Positions 39,430 to 49,222 of a stretch of DNA of 64,000 nt are shown piece by piece. The DNA comes from Pirellulales bacterium (lineage in GTDB: Bacteria; Planctomycetota; Planctomycetia; Pirellulales; UBA1268), in assembly GCA_017853835.1 (NCBI GenBank), contig JAFMIU010000003.1:41072-105071 (forward strand), in the 5' to 3' direction. Numbering within the stretch: position 1 is the stretch's first letter; each line of letters starts with the position of its first letter. The translations under genes and the position numbers were made by a program. The notes under the pieces were generated by a model that did not search any database, was not told where the DNA came from, and saw only the letters and a program-made list of their open reading frames with translations.

Positions 39430-40500
39430 TTACTTGATCCAGCGAAGGTGCCGGGCGACCGTCGTGGCCGCCTGGAGGCAGTCGTCGCGACCGAGCTGCC
39501 GACCCGCGTAGGTGAGGGCAAGCACGATCGCCTTGTTGTCCACCGTTTTGGCGGCGCCGCTCCGCCCCGTTTCGGTGGTCACCCGCGTGCTTCCGCCGGT
39601 GTCGACGCTGCCGTCATCACGAATCTTCGTCAACTCCCATGCGATGCCGCGGTCGAGCATCCCCTCGATCGCGCGGCGGAGCTCGGGGTCGTCGCAGACC
39701 ATGAGGTATCGTTCGGCCATGAGGAGCCCAAGCGCCTGGTAGCTCACATCGAAACCGTTCTTCTCCGGATTGACGCCGTCTGACCGCTGCAGAGCGAGAC
39801 CCGCACGGGCCGACTCGGCGGCGGCGTGGGCCAGCGGCTCGTCGTGCGTCACCCGGGCCGTGAGTCCCCAGGCCGCGGCCACGAGCCAGCGGCGATGCGT
39901 GTAGGGCGTGTTGTTGGCAAGGCCTCGACGCAGCACGTCGTCCCGCCGCATCCACGCTGCCGCGGCGGCGAGTTTCGGGGCGTAGTGCTCCCGCTTCGCC
40001 ACCGCATCGGACGGAGTCACGTCTTCGGTCAGGAGCAGCGCCCTGGCCACCGACTCGACGAAAAAGCTCGTGCTGTGAAACGGGTCACCGGTGCCGGCAA
40101 ACCCGCCGTCGGCAGCCTGCCGATCGAAGCCCCAGTCGATGACCCTCCAGCCGAGGGCGGCCGTTTCAGGCGAGCCGCACACAAGCCCGGCTTCGACAAG
40201 ATCGGCCCCGTACCGCTGGGCCTCGATGAACCACGGCCCGCTCCCCGCGAGATCCGCGTCGACGTTGCTCGACGCGGCGCCACTCTCGGCAAACCGGATG
40301 TGATGATGCGGATGCGACACGAGCCGCTGAAACACCGCCGAATCGAGCAGCGGACTGCGGTCCAGCGCCGCAAGCCCCTCCTCCGCCCGTGCCGTGGCCG
40401 CCCCCAAAAGGATCAGGAGCCAAGCAAGGCAGGCACCCCACCTCGAGGTCGCCCATAAGCAACCTCGACTCGCCACTTCCCGTGACGTCCCTACCGTCAT
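39430..40500 (-). CDS. hypothetical secreted protein (helical; no family recognised)
   Basis: 356 codons. ATG 40498-40500 overlaps the stop of the upstream kinase gene (ATGA). Signal-like ..ACLAWLLILLGAATARAEEG. Ordinary globular composition, unlike the Arg/Gly/Pro-rich ORFs on the opposite strand. Confidence 0.6.
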   Translation of the reverse strand: MTVGTSREVASRGCLWATSRWGACLAWLLILLGAATARAEEGLAALDRSPLLDSAVFQRLVSHPHHHIRFAESGAASSNVDADLAGSGPWFIEAQRYGADLVEAGLVCGSPETAALGWRVIDWGFDRQAADGGFAGTGDPFHSTSFFVESVARALLLTEDVTPSDAVAKREHYAPKLAAAAAWMRRDDVLRRGLANNTPYTHRRWLVAAAWGLTARVTHDEPLAHAAAESARAGLALQRSDGVNPEKNGFDVSYQALGLLMAERYLMVCDDPELRRAIEGMLDRGIAWELTKIRDDGSVDTGGSTRVTTETGRSGAAKTVDNKAIVLALTYAGRQLGRDDCLQAATTVARHLRWIK

Positions 40501-42344
40501 CGAAACTTCTCGAGCAGTGACTCGGCCTCCGCCACCGACTCTCGGCAATGCTCCAAATCTTTGTACTCGTCCTTCACGGTCTTCAAAAGATCGTGCGATC
40601 TCACCACGGCCATCACCCGTTCAACTCCGGTGAGTCGATCTGACTGCTCCAGGAGTGTCTTTGCATTCGCAACCATGTCGGCGGCAATCTCTCGCTCGTT
40701 CGCCTTCGCCTCGCGTTCATCCTGCCGATCTTTTGCCGCGAGAGGTTCAACAACCTTGATCAACCGCCCCGCCAGCTCCTTCCACATGTGAACGGTTGGA
40801 TGGCCCACTGCTCCGCAGGGATCTGTGAGCACCCCGTCTGCCTCCCCATCACCTGACGGGAGATCCTTGATGGTCTTCAGTCGATCAAGGGCATCTCTCG
40901 GTGCCCCCCGTACGGAATGCAATGCCTCGAGATAAAGCCGTTCTGCCTCCGATGTGGGCTTGTACGTTGGCATCCGACGCCGCGAACGTTTTTCGAGCAT
41001 TTCCAACGCCAACTCATGACCGATCATGGCCAGCTCCTCAGCTTTTGCATGCGTCGGATGCGCAGCGAGAAACGTCGCGATCAGTGGGCATGGAAAGTCC
41101 AGCGACGAAGGATTCTCGAGGCTGGCGATGATGCGATCGTATTGCTGCTCGGGTGGCACCCAGATCATTCCAGGCACGACATACCACACCGCCCCTCCGA
41201 CGACTCCCACAACGGCGAGGCATGCCATCGCGCCGAAGACAGTCTGAATCATCGCCTTGGTCTTCCTCTCGCTTGATCGGCGTCGTTCGACAGCGTCAAC
41301 GGTCACAAAACTTGAACTACCATCGCGCTGGGGAGCGTCCGCTAAGCGATGTCCATGGTCCATCGCAAGCGTGGTGGCAACCTCACGCGCCCGACGATCC
41401 GAAGACCGTGAACCGCCCGCCACGGTCGGTGCCGAGGCGACGACAGACGGGTCGTTGCCAGATGCCGGAGGCGTCTTGGGTGAACTCGCTTCGGGTTTCG
41501 TGCCACGCGACGAGTCGATCGTCGCCACGATCCCCTCGAGAGCCCGCTGCACGGCCGTGGCGTTGGCGGGGCGATCGGACGGCGACTTAGCCAACAATCT
41601 GGCGACCAGGTCGGCAAATCCGACAGGCACATCGGCCACGACGGCATCGAGGCGGGGCGGCTCCTCGTTCTGCTGGCGATCGAGCAGGGAAATCACTGCC
41701 CCACCCGTGAACGGAGGGTGGCCCGCCACCATGGCATGCATCACGAGCCCGAGGCAGTAGAGATCGGCACGATGGTCGATCGCCCGACCGGCGGCCTGCT
41801 CAGGCGCCATGTATTCCGGCGTTCCGATGACAAGTCCCGCTCGCGTATGCCCCCCCTCCCCGTAGAGCTTGGCGATTCCAAAATCCGTCACCTTCACACG
41901 AAACTTCCCGCCGGGCATCTCATGGAACATGAGATTGGCAGGCTTGAGATCACGATGCACGACGCCAGTGTCGTGAGCGACCTTCAACACTCGCAAAACC
42001 TCGACGGCGACTGCCGCCGTGTCTTTCAATGAAAACCGCCCACCGGACCTCAACACCTGCTCAAGCGTTCGGCCTGGCACAAACTCCATCGAAAAGAATG
42101 GGACGCCGTTCTCTTCTCCCCATGCCAGCAATCCAGCTATTCCAGGATGGCGCAGGCTCAATAAAACATCGATCTCAGACTGAAAACGCCTCCGAACACC
42201 TTCGTCGTCTGAGAGATGAACCGCGAGAGTCTTGATCGCAACCCGTTGTGATGTCGCCGGGTCGATGCCCTCGTAAACGCTTCCCATGCCACCCCGGCCG
42301 AGTAGCCTGACGACGCGGTAGGGCCCAAACGATTCGGGAGGCAT
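40497..42344 (-). CDS. transmembrane Ser/Thr protein kinase (Hanks type)
   Basis: GRGGMGSVYEG..VAIK, HRDLKPANLMF, DFGIAKL and GTPEYMAPEQ. Single TM MIQTVFGAMACLAVVGVVGGAVWYVV followed by an approximately 235-aa helical C-terminal domain. ATG 42344 preferred to TTG 42350. Confidence 0.9.
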   Translation of the reverse strand: MPPESFGPYRVVRLLGRGGMGSVYEGIDPATSQRVAIKTLAVHLSDDEGVRRRFQSEIDVLLSLRHPGIAGLLAWGEENGVPFFSMEFVPGRTLEQVLRSGGRFSLKDTAAVAVEVLRVLKVAHDTGVVHRDLKPANLMFHEMPGGKFRVKVTDFGIAKLYGEGGHTRAGLVIGTPEYMAPEQAAGRAIDHRADLYCLGLVMHAMVAGHPPFTGGAVISLLDRQQNEEPPRLDAVVADVPVGFADLVARLLAKSPSDRPANATAVQRALEGIVATIDSSRGTKPEASSPKTPPASGNDPSVVASAPTVAGGSRSSDRRAREVATTLAMDHGHRLADAPQRDGSSSFVTVDAVERRRSSERKTKAMIQTVFGAMACLAVVGVVGGAVWYVVPGMIWVPPEQQYDRIIASLENPSSLDFPCPLIATFLAAHPTHAKAEELAMIGHELALEMLEKRSRRRMPTYKPTSEAERLYLEALHSVRGAPRDALDRLKTIKDLPSGDGEADGVLTDPCGAVGHPTVHMWKELAGRLIKVVEPLAAKDRQDEREAKANEREIAADMVANAKTLLEQSDRLTGVERVMAVVRSHDLLKTVKDEYKDLEHCRESVAEAESLLEKFR

Positions 42345-42372
42345 CCTCAAGACACTCCAAAGGATATCCGTG

Positions 42373-42396
42373 GCGTCGCATCAACCGCCGCGACGC
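42373..42396. repeat. 7-bp perfect inverted repeat in the kinase/FHA divergent intergenic region
   Basis: GCGTCGC (42373-42379), 10 nt, GCGACGC (42390-42396). Confidence 0.7.
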
Positions 42397-42438
42397 ACCA
42401 TGGGCGATGACTTCGATCGTGGTCGACACCCCAGCCAA

Positions 42439-42467
42439 TCGACCGCTGCACCGACGAGGACTATACT
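42439..42467 (+). promoter_or_regulatory. sigma70-like promoter candidate for the FHA gene
   Basis: TCGACC (42439-42444), 17 nt, TATACT (42462-42467), about 30 nt upstream of ATG 42499, with GGAG in between. Confidence 0.3.
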
Positions 42468-42498
42468 ACCACAACGAGGGGCTCCGGAGACCTATCGC

Positions 42499-43302
42499 AT
42501 GGCCGATGATTCTGCAAGTACGCCGCACGATCCGTCCCGACCGCACATCGAAGACCGCCGGGTGCTTCGGTGGCTGGAAGGTGACGGAGTGGGTGGCCTA
42601 CCGTTTTCCCGTGAAGACACCCAGGCATATCGCCCCTCGCTGAGGCCGCCCGTGCCCGTCGTCACGATTCTCGATGACGGCTCCCAGAACGACGGCGAGC
42701 ACCTTCGTATGCGGACGGAGTCGCTCGCCATTGGCCGAACAAAAGGCGATCTGCAGATCCCAAACGACCCCGCCCTATCGGGACTCCATGCCGAAATCCG
42801 TCGCGTGGCATGGCGTGGCGGGTACCAATGGACTCTGGTCGATCTGCAAAGCGTCAATGGCACCTTTGTGCGATGCTCGCGGGCCGTGCTTCACGACGAC
42901 GCCATCGTGATCATCGGCTCCAAGCGATACCGGCTCCGAAACCCTCTCACCACCCTTCGAACCAGCAGCAGCCGGGGCGCGACGCAACTGATTGATGAGG
43001 CACTGCCACCGGAACGCTGGCCGGTGTTCATGGAAACCTCCCAGCGAGGTTCAGCCTGGTCCGTACCACTCAAGCACAGTTCCGCCACACTCGGGCGAAC
43101 CGGCGGCGATGCCGACATCATGATCGATGATCCGCTTCTGGCCCATCGTCATGCGCAACTCGAGCAGCAGCGCGATGGCACATGGGTGATCAACGCAGAA
43201 ACCACCCGCAACGGGGTGTGGGTGTCGGTCAACACCGTCACACTCACCGGTCACTGCTTTTTTCGATGCGGCGAGCAGATCTTCCGATTCGAGCTGCCAT
43301 GA
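42499..43302 (+). CDS. protein with two FHA domains
   Basis: FHA core 1: LAIGRTKGDLQIPNDPALSGLHAEIRR..WTLVDLQSVNGTFV. FHA core 2: ATLGRTGGDADIMIDDPLLAHRHAQLEQQRDGTWVINAETTRNGVWV. Divergent from the kinase gene. Confidence 0.85.
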   Translation: MADDSASTPHDPSRPHIEDRRVLRWLEGDGVGGLPFSREDTQAYRPSLRPPVPVVTILDDGSQNDGEHLRMRTESLAIGRTKGDLQIPNDPALSGLHAEIRRVAWRGGYQWTLVDLQSVNGTFVRCSRAVLHDDAIVIIGSKRYRLRNPLTTLRTSSSRGATQLIDEALPPERWPVFMETSQRGSAWSVPLKHSSATLGRTGGDADIMIDDPLLAHRHAQLEQQRDGTWVINAETTRNGVWVSVNTVTLTGHCFFRCGEQIFRFELP

Positions 43303-43356
43303 ACGAACACATGGTGCGCAGCGCTTTTCGAGCCTGGATGGACGGCTTCAACTCGA

Positions 43357-43803
43357 TCACCGACGGCCCGGCAGCTGCCCGGAGGGCGTGAGCTCGTCGA
43401 TGATCATCGGGATGTACTTGGCGAGCACCTCGGCAAGCTGATCCCGACCGATTCCCTTCGACTGCGCGTAGCCGTCGATCTCCCGACGACCGATCACATC
43501 GTCGATCTGCCGCGGGTCGATCGACTTGTTGGGTCCTGTTCGCACCCAGGAATCCACCTGCTCCCGCATCCCCTTCTCCTCGAACTGCCGGACAACCTCC
43601 GGGAGCTTCTGGGCCGAACCGCCGCCGAAGATCTGCGTCAGGATGTCATTGAGGTCGTTCGGAGAGGGCATGCCGCTCGGCGGCTGCTGGGGGCGTGGCG
43701 ACTGCTGGGGCCGCGGCGGCTGCTGCGGACGAGCCTGAGGCTGCGACTGCTGCGCGGCCGCACCTTCGAGCACCTGCTTGAGAATCTCACCGAGAATGTC
43801 CAT
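43357..43803 (-). CDS. YidB/DUF937 family protein with Gln/Pro-rich linker
   Basis: Start MDILGEILKQVLEG... C-terminal block VDSWVRTGPNKSIDPRQIDDVIGRREIDGYAQSKGIGRDQLAEVLAKYIPMIIDELTPSGQLP matches the YidB pattern (W..G.N..I...Q....G......A...G......L...LP..ID.LTP.G). Confidence 0.75.
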   Translation of the reverse strand: MDILGEILKQVLEGAAAQQSQPQARPQQPPRPQQSPRPQQPPSGMPSPNDLNDILTQIFGGGSAQKLPEVVRQFEEKGMREQVDSWVRTGPNKSIDPRQIDDVIGRREIDGYAQSKGIGRDQLAEVLAKYIPMIIDELTPSGQLPGRR

Positions 43804-43906
43804 GACCAGTTTCTCCGAGGGATACCCTGACGCTGATCCTTCCCCCTGCCTGCGGTCGGCCGAGGAGCGGGTTTCCACCGCCGGGGTACGGTACCACACG
43901 ATCGCC

Positions 43907-44453
43907 TCGCCGTCGCCGGCCTGCGGTCAGGGCGATCGCTGTCAGTGTGGCAACCAAGGCTGGCCCCAGGCCCGACGGCTCCGGCACCGGCATTACGCCC
44001 GCCGGAGCAGGCCCATACCGACCCTGGTCAAAAAGCCCGGTGCCGGCAAACTCCGCCGCATCGAGGAGATCGAGCACACGGTCGCCGTTGGAATCCCCTC
44101 CAGCCCACGTCGCGAGGGCCGGCCCGCGTGAGCGACACGACGCCCCCACCGGTGACCGACAGCGTTCCGGTTCCAGAAATGGCTGCGTCGACCGCCAGGG
44201 GGCCCGTCTGGCGGAACTCCATCGAGCCGTTGTTGCGAACCGGGCCGGTGACCCGCGCGCCATGGTCCAACACCATGACCGTGTCCGGAGCGATCGTGCC
44301 ACCAGCGTACGCCGCGGTGACGATGATCAACCTCGGCCCCGGCACATCGATCCCATCCACGGTGATGCCGTTTCCCGAGAGCAGGATCCCGCACACCCGC
44401 TTCGTGTCGGGCGAGCGGATGTCGATCGACCGCCCACACAGCGAGGCTCGCAT
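43907..44453 (-). pseudogene. 5'-truncated, frameshifted remnant of a PATR / dockerin-like / PEP-CTERM surface protein
   Basis: One frame gives PATR-like ..ILLSGNGITVDG..GARVTGPVRNNGSMEFRQTGPLAVDAAISGTGTLSVTGGGVVSLTRAGP. A second frame continues WAGGDSNGDRVLDLLDAAEFAGTGLFDQGRYGPAPAGVMPVPEPSGLGPALVATLTAIALTAGRRRR. No signal peptide or plausible start. The frame then runs on into the yidB-like gene. Confidence 0.5.
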
Positions 44454-44547
44454 TGAGCACCGCACGGCGGCATCACCCACCGGGGAGCCCGCGGCTATGA
44501 TGGCTGCATTGCCGTGTCGTCCGTCTCGGTTCACCCCACGTTCTCCG

Positions 44548-45162
44548 ATGACTGAAGCAGTTCTCGTCGTCGATCTCCAAAACGACTTCTGTCCCGGTGG
44601 CGCCTTGCCAGTGGCCGATGGCGACGCGATCGTGCCGCTCGTCAACCGACTCCTTGCGGAGAAGCCGGTTCGTGTGCTGACGGCCGACTGGCATCCCCCC
44701 GATCATGCGTCGTTTGCGTCAGCCCATCCGGGCTCCCAGCCCTTCAGCCGACGTCTCATCGATGGCGTGGAACATATGCTGTGGCCTGACCACTGCGTGC
44801 AAGGCACGCCGGGAGCGTCGTTTCACCCGGCGCTCCATGCCGACCGTGCCACGATGATCCTGCGCAAAGGCACCAGCCGGATCGATGGCAGCTACTCGGC
44901 GTTCTTCGAGCAGTCACAGGCCGTTCCCACCGGCCTCGACGGCTACCTTCGATCGCGGGGGGTGTCCGACCTGGCGATCGTCGGGCTCGCACTCGACTTC
45001 TGCGTCGCCGCATCCGCGATCGATGCCGCCCTACTCGGCTATCGCGTGCACGTCATCGAGGCGGGCTGCCGGGCGATCGACGTCGACGGCTCCCTGGCGG
45101 CCGCCCGCCAGGCGATGGCGGCGGTCGGCGTCATGCTGGTGCCCGCCTCCCAGGGCGCATGA
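44548..45162 (+). CDS. pncA: nicotinamidase/pyrazinamidase (isochorismatase family)
   Basis: MTEAVLVVDLQNDFCPGGALPV, WPDHCVQGTPGA and IVGLALDFCVAASAIDA (catalytic Cys). The track's 200-codon upstream extension is antisense to the pseudogene. Confidence 0.9.
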   Translation: MTEAVLVVDLQNDFCPGGALPVADGDAIVPLVNRLLAEKPVRVLTADWHPPDHASFASAHPGSQPFSRRLIDGVEHMLWPDHCVQGTPGASFHPALHADRATMILRKGTSRIDGSYSAFFEQSQAVPTGLDGYLRSRGVSDLAIVGLALDFCVAASAIDAALLGYRVHVIEAGCRAIDVDGSLAAARQAMAAVGVMLVPASQGA

Positions 45163-45333
45163 CGCGCCCCCCGGGAACGTCCGTCTGCCGAAAAAAGCCC
45201 GTTACGCTATTCTTGGGCCGACGGTTAAGACTCCGGTGGGTGACCGTCCCACCACGCCCGCCGGCCTTCCCTACCGCGGTTCGGTTGATGGCCGCCGCGA
45301 GCGTCACTCCATTCCGGATGGTCGCCCCGCCTC

Positions 45334-46680
45334 ATGAGCCACGCCACTCTCTCAGACCACGCTGGTGCCACTTCGGCGGCGTCCAGCCTGCTGCGTCAGC
45401 TCGACCGGGCCACCCGTTTCCCGTGCGTGCTCCGCGAGCCCCTCGACGTCGATCCCTGTGGCTGGCTGGCGGCTCAGCCGTCGAAGTCGAAGTTTCTCTG
45501 GCGCGACCGCTCCGAGTCGCTCATTCGCGCCGCGGTAGACACGGTGCACCATCTTCGGGCTACCCCGGGTGAGCCGCTGGGGGCCCTGCTGTCTCGCTGT
45601 CGGATGGTGCTGGCCGACCTCCCCGATGACCAACGGCTCTTTGGCGGATTCGCCTTTCAGTTTGAAGGGCCCGCCTTGGCATCGCCCTGGACTCCATTTC
45701 GACGCGGCGAGTTCTGGCTCCCCCGCATCACGCTCAACGAGGGGATGCTCGGTGTGCTCGTCGTGTCGCGCGACGACACCGCCGCCGCACGGCAGGCGAT
45801 CGAGCGGCTGGTCTTTGGCGAGGCTCCGCTGTCACGGCACTGGCCCGAGTGCGATGCGCGGGTGGACGAGCCCAACGCGGACGACTGGGCCCGCAACATC
45901 GGCCAGGCCATGGAACTCTTCGCCGACGAGGTGCTCGAAAAGGTCGTGCTGGCGCGGCAGGTGTCGCTGTCGTTTGCCTCCACCATCGATCCGTGGGCCC
46001 TCGTCTCGAGCATGGCGGGCGTCACGCCCAACTGCTACCAGTTTGCCTTCCAGCCGGAGCCCGACGCGGTGTTTCTCGGTGCCACCCCTGAGCGACTCTA
46101 CGAGCGGCATGCCGGGCTGCTCTCGAGCGAGGTGGTGGCCGGAACGCGTCGCCGCGGCCACACCCCCGATGACGATGCACGCCTTGCCGCCGAACTGATG
46201 GCAAGCGACAAGGAGCAACTGGAGCATCACATCGTGCGGAAGAGCATTCGCCAGCGGCTTCACGCACTGGTCGACTCGCTCGAGATCGACGCGCGGGCGT
46301 CGCTCCTCAAACTTGCCAACAAGCAGCACCTCTTTTCACGTGTGTCGGCCCGTCTCCGTGCCGACACCCGCGACGAAGACCTGCTCGGACGGCTCCACCC
46401 AACGCCCGCCGTAGGGGGCTACCCTACGGAAAACGCTCTCGAGGAGATTGCCCGCCTCGAGCCTTTCGAACGCGGCTGGTTTGCAGCGCCGGTCGGCTGG
46501 ATTTCCAGGGAGTCGTCGGAGTTCGTGGTGGCGATCCGTTCCGCGTTGGCGCGCGGCCGGAGCCTCCATCTCTTTTCGGGCGCTGGAATCGTTCCGGGGT
46601 CGACACCGGAGGCTGAATGGGATGAAATCGAGTCGAAAATCGACGACTTTCTCCAGATTCTGCTCCCGGACGAGCGTTAG
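45334..46680 (+). CDS. menF: isochorismate synthase
   Basis: Chorismate-binding blocks GATPERLYE, LHPTPAVGGYP and ERGWFAAPVGW..EFVVAIRSAL. First gene of the men operon. Confidence 0.85.
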   Translation: MSHATLSDHAGATSAASSLLRQLDRATRFPCVLREPLDVDPCGWLAAQPSKSKFLWRDRSESLIRAAVDTVHHLRATPGEPLGALLSRCRMVLADLPDDQRLFGGFAFQFEGPALASPWTPFRRGEFWLPRITLNEGMLGVLVVSRDDTAAARQAIERLVFGEAPLSRHWPECDARVDEPNADDWARNIGQAMELFADEVLEKVVLARQVSLSFASTIDPWALVSSMAGVTPNCYQFAFQPEPDAVFLGATPERLYERHAGLLSSEVVAGTRRRGHTPDDDARLAAELMASDKEQLEHHIVRKSIRQRLHALVDSLEIDARASLLKLANKQHLFSRVSARLRADTRDEDLLGRLHPTPAVGGYPTENALEEIARLEPFERGWFAAPVGWISRESSEFVVAIRSALARGRSLHLFSGAGIVPGSTPEAEWDEIESKIDDFLQILLPDER

Positions 46681-46721
46681 GCGTCGCGGTCACCCGCTGG
46701 GAGCGCGGTCCGCATTCCCCT

Positions 46722-48410
46722 GTGACGAATCATCCACCCGTGCTTCCCGATCGCACCGAGCGACTCAATGTTGCCGCAAGCCAGGCTGTCATCGACGCCT
46801 GCGTGAGGTCGGGTGTTGATCATTTCTTCGTCGCACCCGGCTCACGGTCCACACCTCTCACGCTCGCACTCGCCCGCCGAACGGATGTGGTGATCACACG
46901 CCACTTCGACGAGCGAGGGCTTGCCTTCGCCGCCCTGGGTTATGCGAGAGCCTCGGGTCGCACCGGGGCGATCGTGTGCACCTCCGGAACGGCCGTCGCC
47001 AATCTCATGCCCGCCGTGGTCGAGGCCTCGCTCGACCATGTGCCCATGCTCGTGCTCTCGGCGGATCGTCCGCCGGAACTGCGTGACTTCGGCCACAACC
47101 AGACGATCGATCAGGTTCGCCTCTTCGGCACCGCGACGCGATGGTTCGCCGACCTGCCCTGCCCCTCGGAGGACGTTCCGCTCGCGTTCTGGTCGCGCAC
47201 GATCGCCCACGCGGTGGCTCGATCGTCGGACGGCCCGGTTCATCTCAACATGATGATTCGCGAGCCCTTCGGCCATCCCGATGATGCCGCCGACGACGCC
47301 GCGGACGCGGCCGTGATCCCGACGATCACGGCGGCGGTGGCCAATCCGATCCACCCGTGGACCATTCCCGCCGGGCCGACGCTGGTGGTGGCCGGAGGCT
47401 GCAGCCGCGACGAGGCGCTCGCCGCCCGCCGTCTGGCCGACCGCCTGTCCTCACCCCTGCTCTCCGACATCTCCAACGGCGTGCGAGGTGACCTCACGCC
47501 GCCGATGCTGGCCGATGACTCGCTCCCGTCACCCGACGTCGTCATCCATGTGGGCCAGCGGGTCGTTTCGAAGCGGTATCCCGCGTTTCTTCGCTCGCGG
47601 GCACCTCGGCACGTCATCCACCTCACCCGGTTCTCAGACCGACACGATCCGGCCCTCGCCGTCACCGAGATCCGGCAGGGCGACCTCGTCGGTCTCTGCG
47701 ACGCCGCCGTGGCTGCGGCGGGCGGTCATGACGGCCTGCGTCGGCCGTGGCTCACCAAGGCGGCGGCGGCGCGGCAGCGCATCGAACGGGTTCTCTCCGG
47801 CGAACCACGACTCTCCGAACCGGGCGCTGCCTGGGATCTGGCGCGGCAGCTTCCCGATGGCTCGGCCCTCTTTCTCGGCAACAGCCTCACGATCCGGGAG
47901 TGGGATTGCTTCGCCCACTGGCCCGTGAGCCAGACCGTGTTCACGGGGGCCAATCGCGGCGCCAGTGGCATCGACGGCCTCGTCGCGACGGCCGTTGGCT
48001 TCGCCCTTGGCCATCATCGCCCGACCACGGCCGTGGTCGGCGACCTCTCCGCTCTTCACGATCTCAACTCGCTCGCGCTCATGGCGTCGAGCCCCGTGCC
48101 GGTGATGCTCGTGGTCGTCAACAACGACGGGGGGGGCATCTTTCAGTTTCTTCCCGTGGCGGCCACCGCACCACACTTCGAGCCCTTCTTCCTGATGCCC
48201 CATGGGCGTACGTTTGGCGAGGCTGCGCGGATGTTTGGGCTCGATCACCATCCGGTCAGCGACCGGGCCTCGTTGCGGTCGGCCTATGCTGCCGCGATCG
48301 CGGCAGGTCGGTCGTGCGTGATCGAACTCTCGCTCGACGGCCGCGAAACCCGCCCCCTCCACGAGCAGCTCGAGGCGGAGATCCTGCATGCCATGGAGGC
48401 GACGGTATGA
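46722..48410 (+). CDS. menD: SEPHCHC synthase (2-succinyl-5-enolpyruvyl-6-hydroxy-3-cyclohexene-1-carboxylate synthase)
   Basis: ThDP-enzyme pattern VDHFFVAPGSRSTPLTLALA and GASGIDGLVATAVGFALG..VVGDLSALHDLNSL. GTG start. Confidence 0.9.
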   Translation: MTNHPPVLPDRTERLNVAASQAVIDACVRSGVDHFFVAPGSRSTPLTLALARRTDVVITRHFDERGLAFAALGYARASGRTGAIVCTSGTAVANLMPAVVEASLDHVPMLVLSADRPPELRDFGHNQTIDQVRLFGTATRWFADLPCPSEDVPLAFWSRTIAHAVARSSDGPVHLNMMIREPFGHPDDAADDAADAAVIPTITAAVANPIHPWTIPAGPTLVVAGGCSRDEALAARRLADRLSSPLLSDISNGVRGDLTPPMLADDSLPSPDVVIHVGQRVVSKRYPAFLRSRAPRHVIHLTRFSDRHDPALAVTEIRQGDLVGLCDAAVAAAGGHDGLRRPWLTKAAAARQRIERVLSGEPRLSEPGAAWDLARQLPDGSALFLGNSLTIREWDCFAHWPVSQTVFTGANRGASGIDGLVATAVGFALGHHRPTTAVVGDLSALHDLNSLALMASSPVPVMLVVVNNDGGGIFQFLPVAATAPHFEPFFLMPHGRTFGEAARMFGLDHHPVSDRASLRSAYAAAIAAGRSCVIELSLDGRETRPLHEQLEAEILHAMEATV

Positions 48411-49222
48411 GGTCGCCTCCGTCCGGACCGTTGCCGCTCGTGTTCCTGCATGGATGGCTGTCCGACGGGGCCGACTGGCGTGAGGTTGCCGGGGCCATCG
48501 ACGACGTTCCGACGTCATGCCCGGATCTGCAGCCTGCCGCCGACTGGCCGACGGCCATCGCGGCACTGGTCGCCTCCCTCCCGCCGTGCGTGCTTGTTGG
48601 CTACAGCATGGGTGGTCGTGTGGCCCTTGCCGCCGCGGTCGCTCCCGGGTCGCCCGTGCGCGGGCTGGTGGTGGTGTCGGCGAACCCTGGCCTGACGTCG
48701 GCCCGCGATCGCGAGATACGAGCGGCCTCCGACCAGAGGCTCTGCGACGATCTCCTCAACGGCCCTCGCGACGCCTTTCTCGACGCCTGGTTTCGTCAGC
48801 CCCTGTTTCGAACGGTCGGCGAGGCCATGCGATCCCGCTGGATCGACGAGCGTCGCACGCTCGACCTCGCGCGACAGCGGGCGCTCTCGACGTGCTACGG
48901 GATCGCCGGGCAACCCGACCTGTGGCCTGCCCTTCCATCCCTGGCCATTCCCACCCTTCTGCTCACCGGCGCCGCAGACGCGAAGTATGCGGCGATCCAG
49001 GCGGTGATGGCGTCGCAGCTCCCCGACACGGAATCGGTGATCCTCGACGGGGCGAGCCATGCGCCCCACCGCGAGCAGCCCGGTGTCGTGCGGTCGCACA
49101 TCGACTCGTGGTACCGTCGCCGCATGCGGCCCCCCGCTCCGTCTGCCGACGACGAGCCTCGGACCGTTCCCGACCATTCATGTCCTACCCCTACGTCCCA
49201 GAAAGCCAGACACGCCCCATGA
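48407..49222 (+). CDS. menH: SHCHC synthase (alpha/beta hydrolase)
   Basis: ATG overlaps the menD stop (ATGA). [10 protein letters not shown], nucleophile elbow [10 protein letters not shown], and C-terminal [11 protein letters not shown]. Confidence 0.8.
   Translation: MRSPPSGPLPLVFLHGWLSDGADWREVAGAIDDVPTSCPDLQPAADWPTAIAALVASLPPCVLVGYSMGGRVALAAAVAPGSPVRGLVVVSANPGLTSARDREIRAASDQRLCDDLLNGPRDAFLDAWFRQPLFRTVGEAMRSRWIDERRTLDLARQRALSTCYGIAGQPDLWPALPSLAIPTLLLTGAADAKYAAIQAVMASQLPDTESVILDGASHAPHREQPGVVRSHIDSWYRRRMRPPAPSADDEPRTVPDHSCPTPTSQKARHAP

Noticed and set aside
43945-44547. Upstream 201 codons of the 405-aa track ORF containing pncA.
   Set aside because: Nicotinamidase homology starts at MTEAVLVVDLQNDF (44548). 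The extension is low-complexity and antisense to the PATR/PEP-CTERM remnant.
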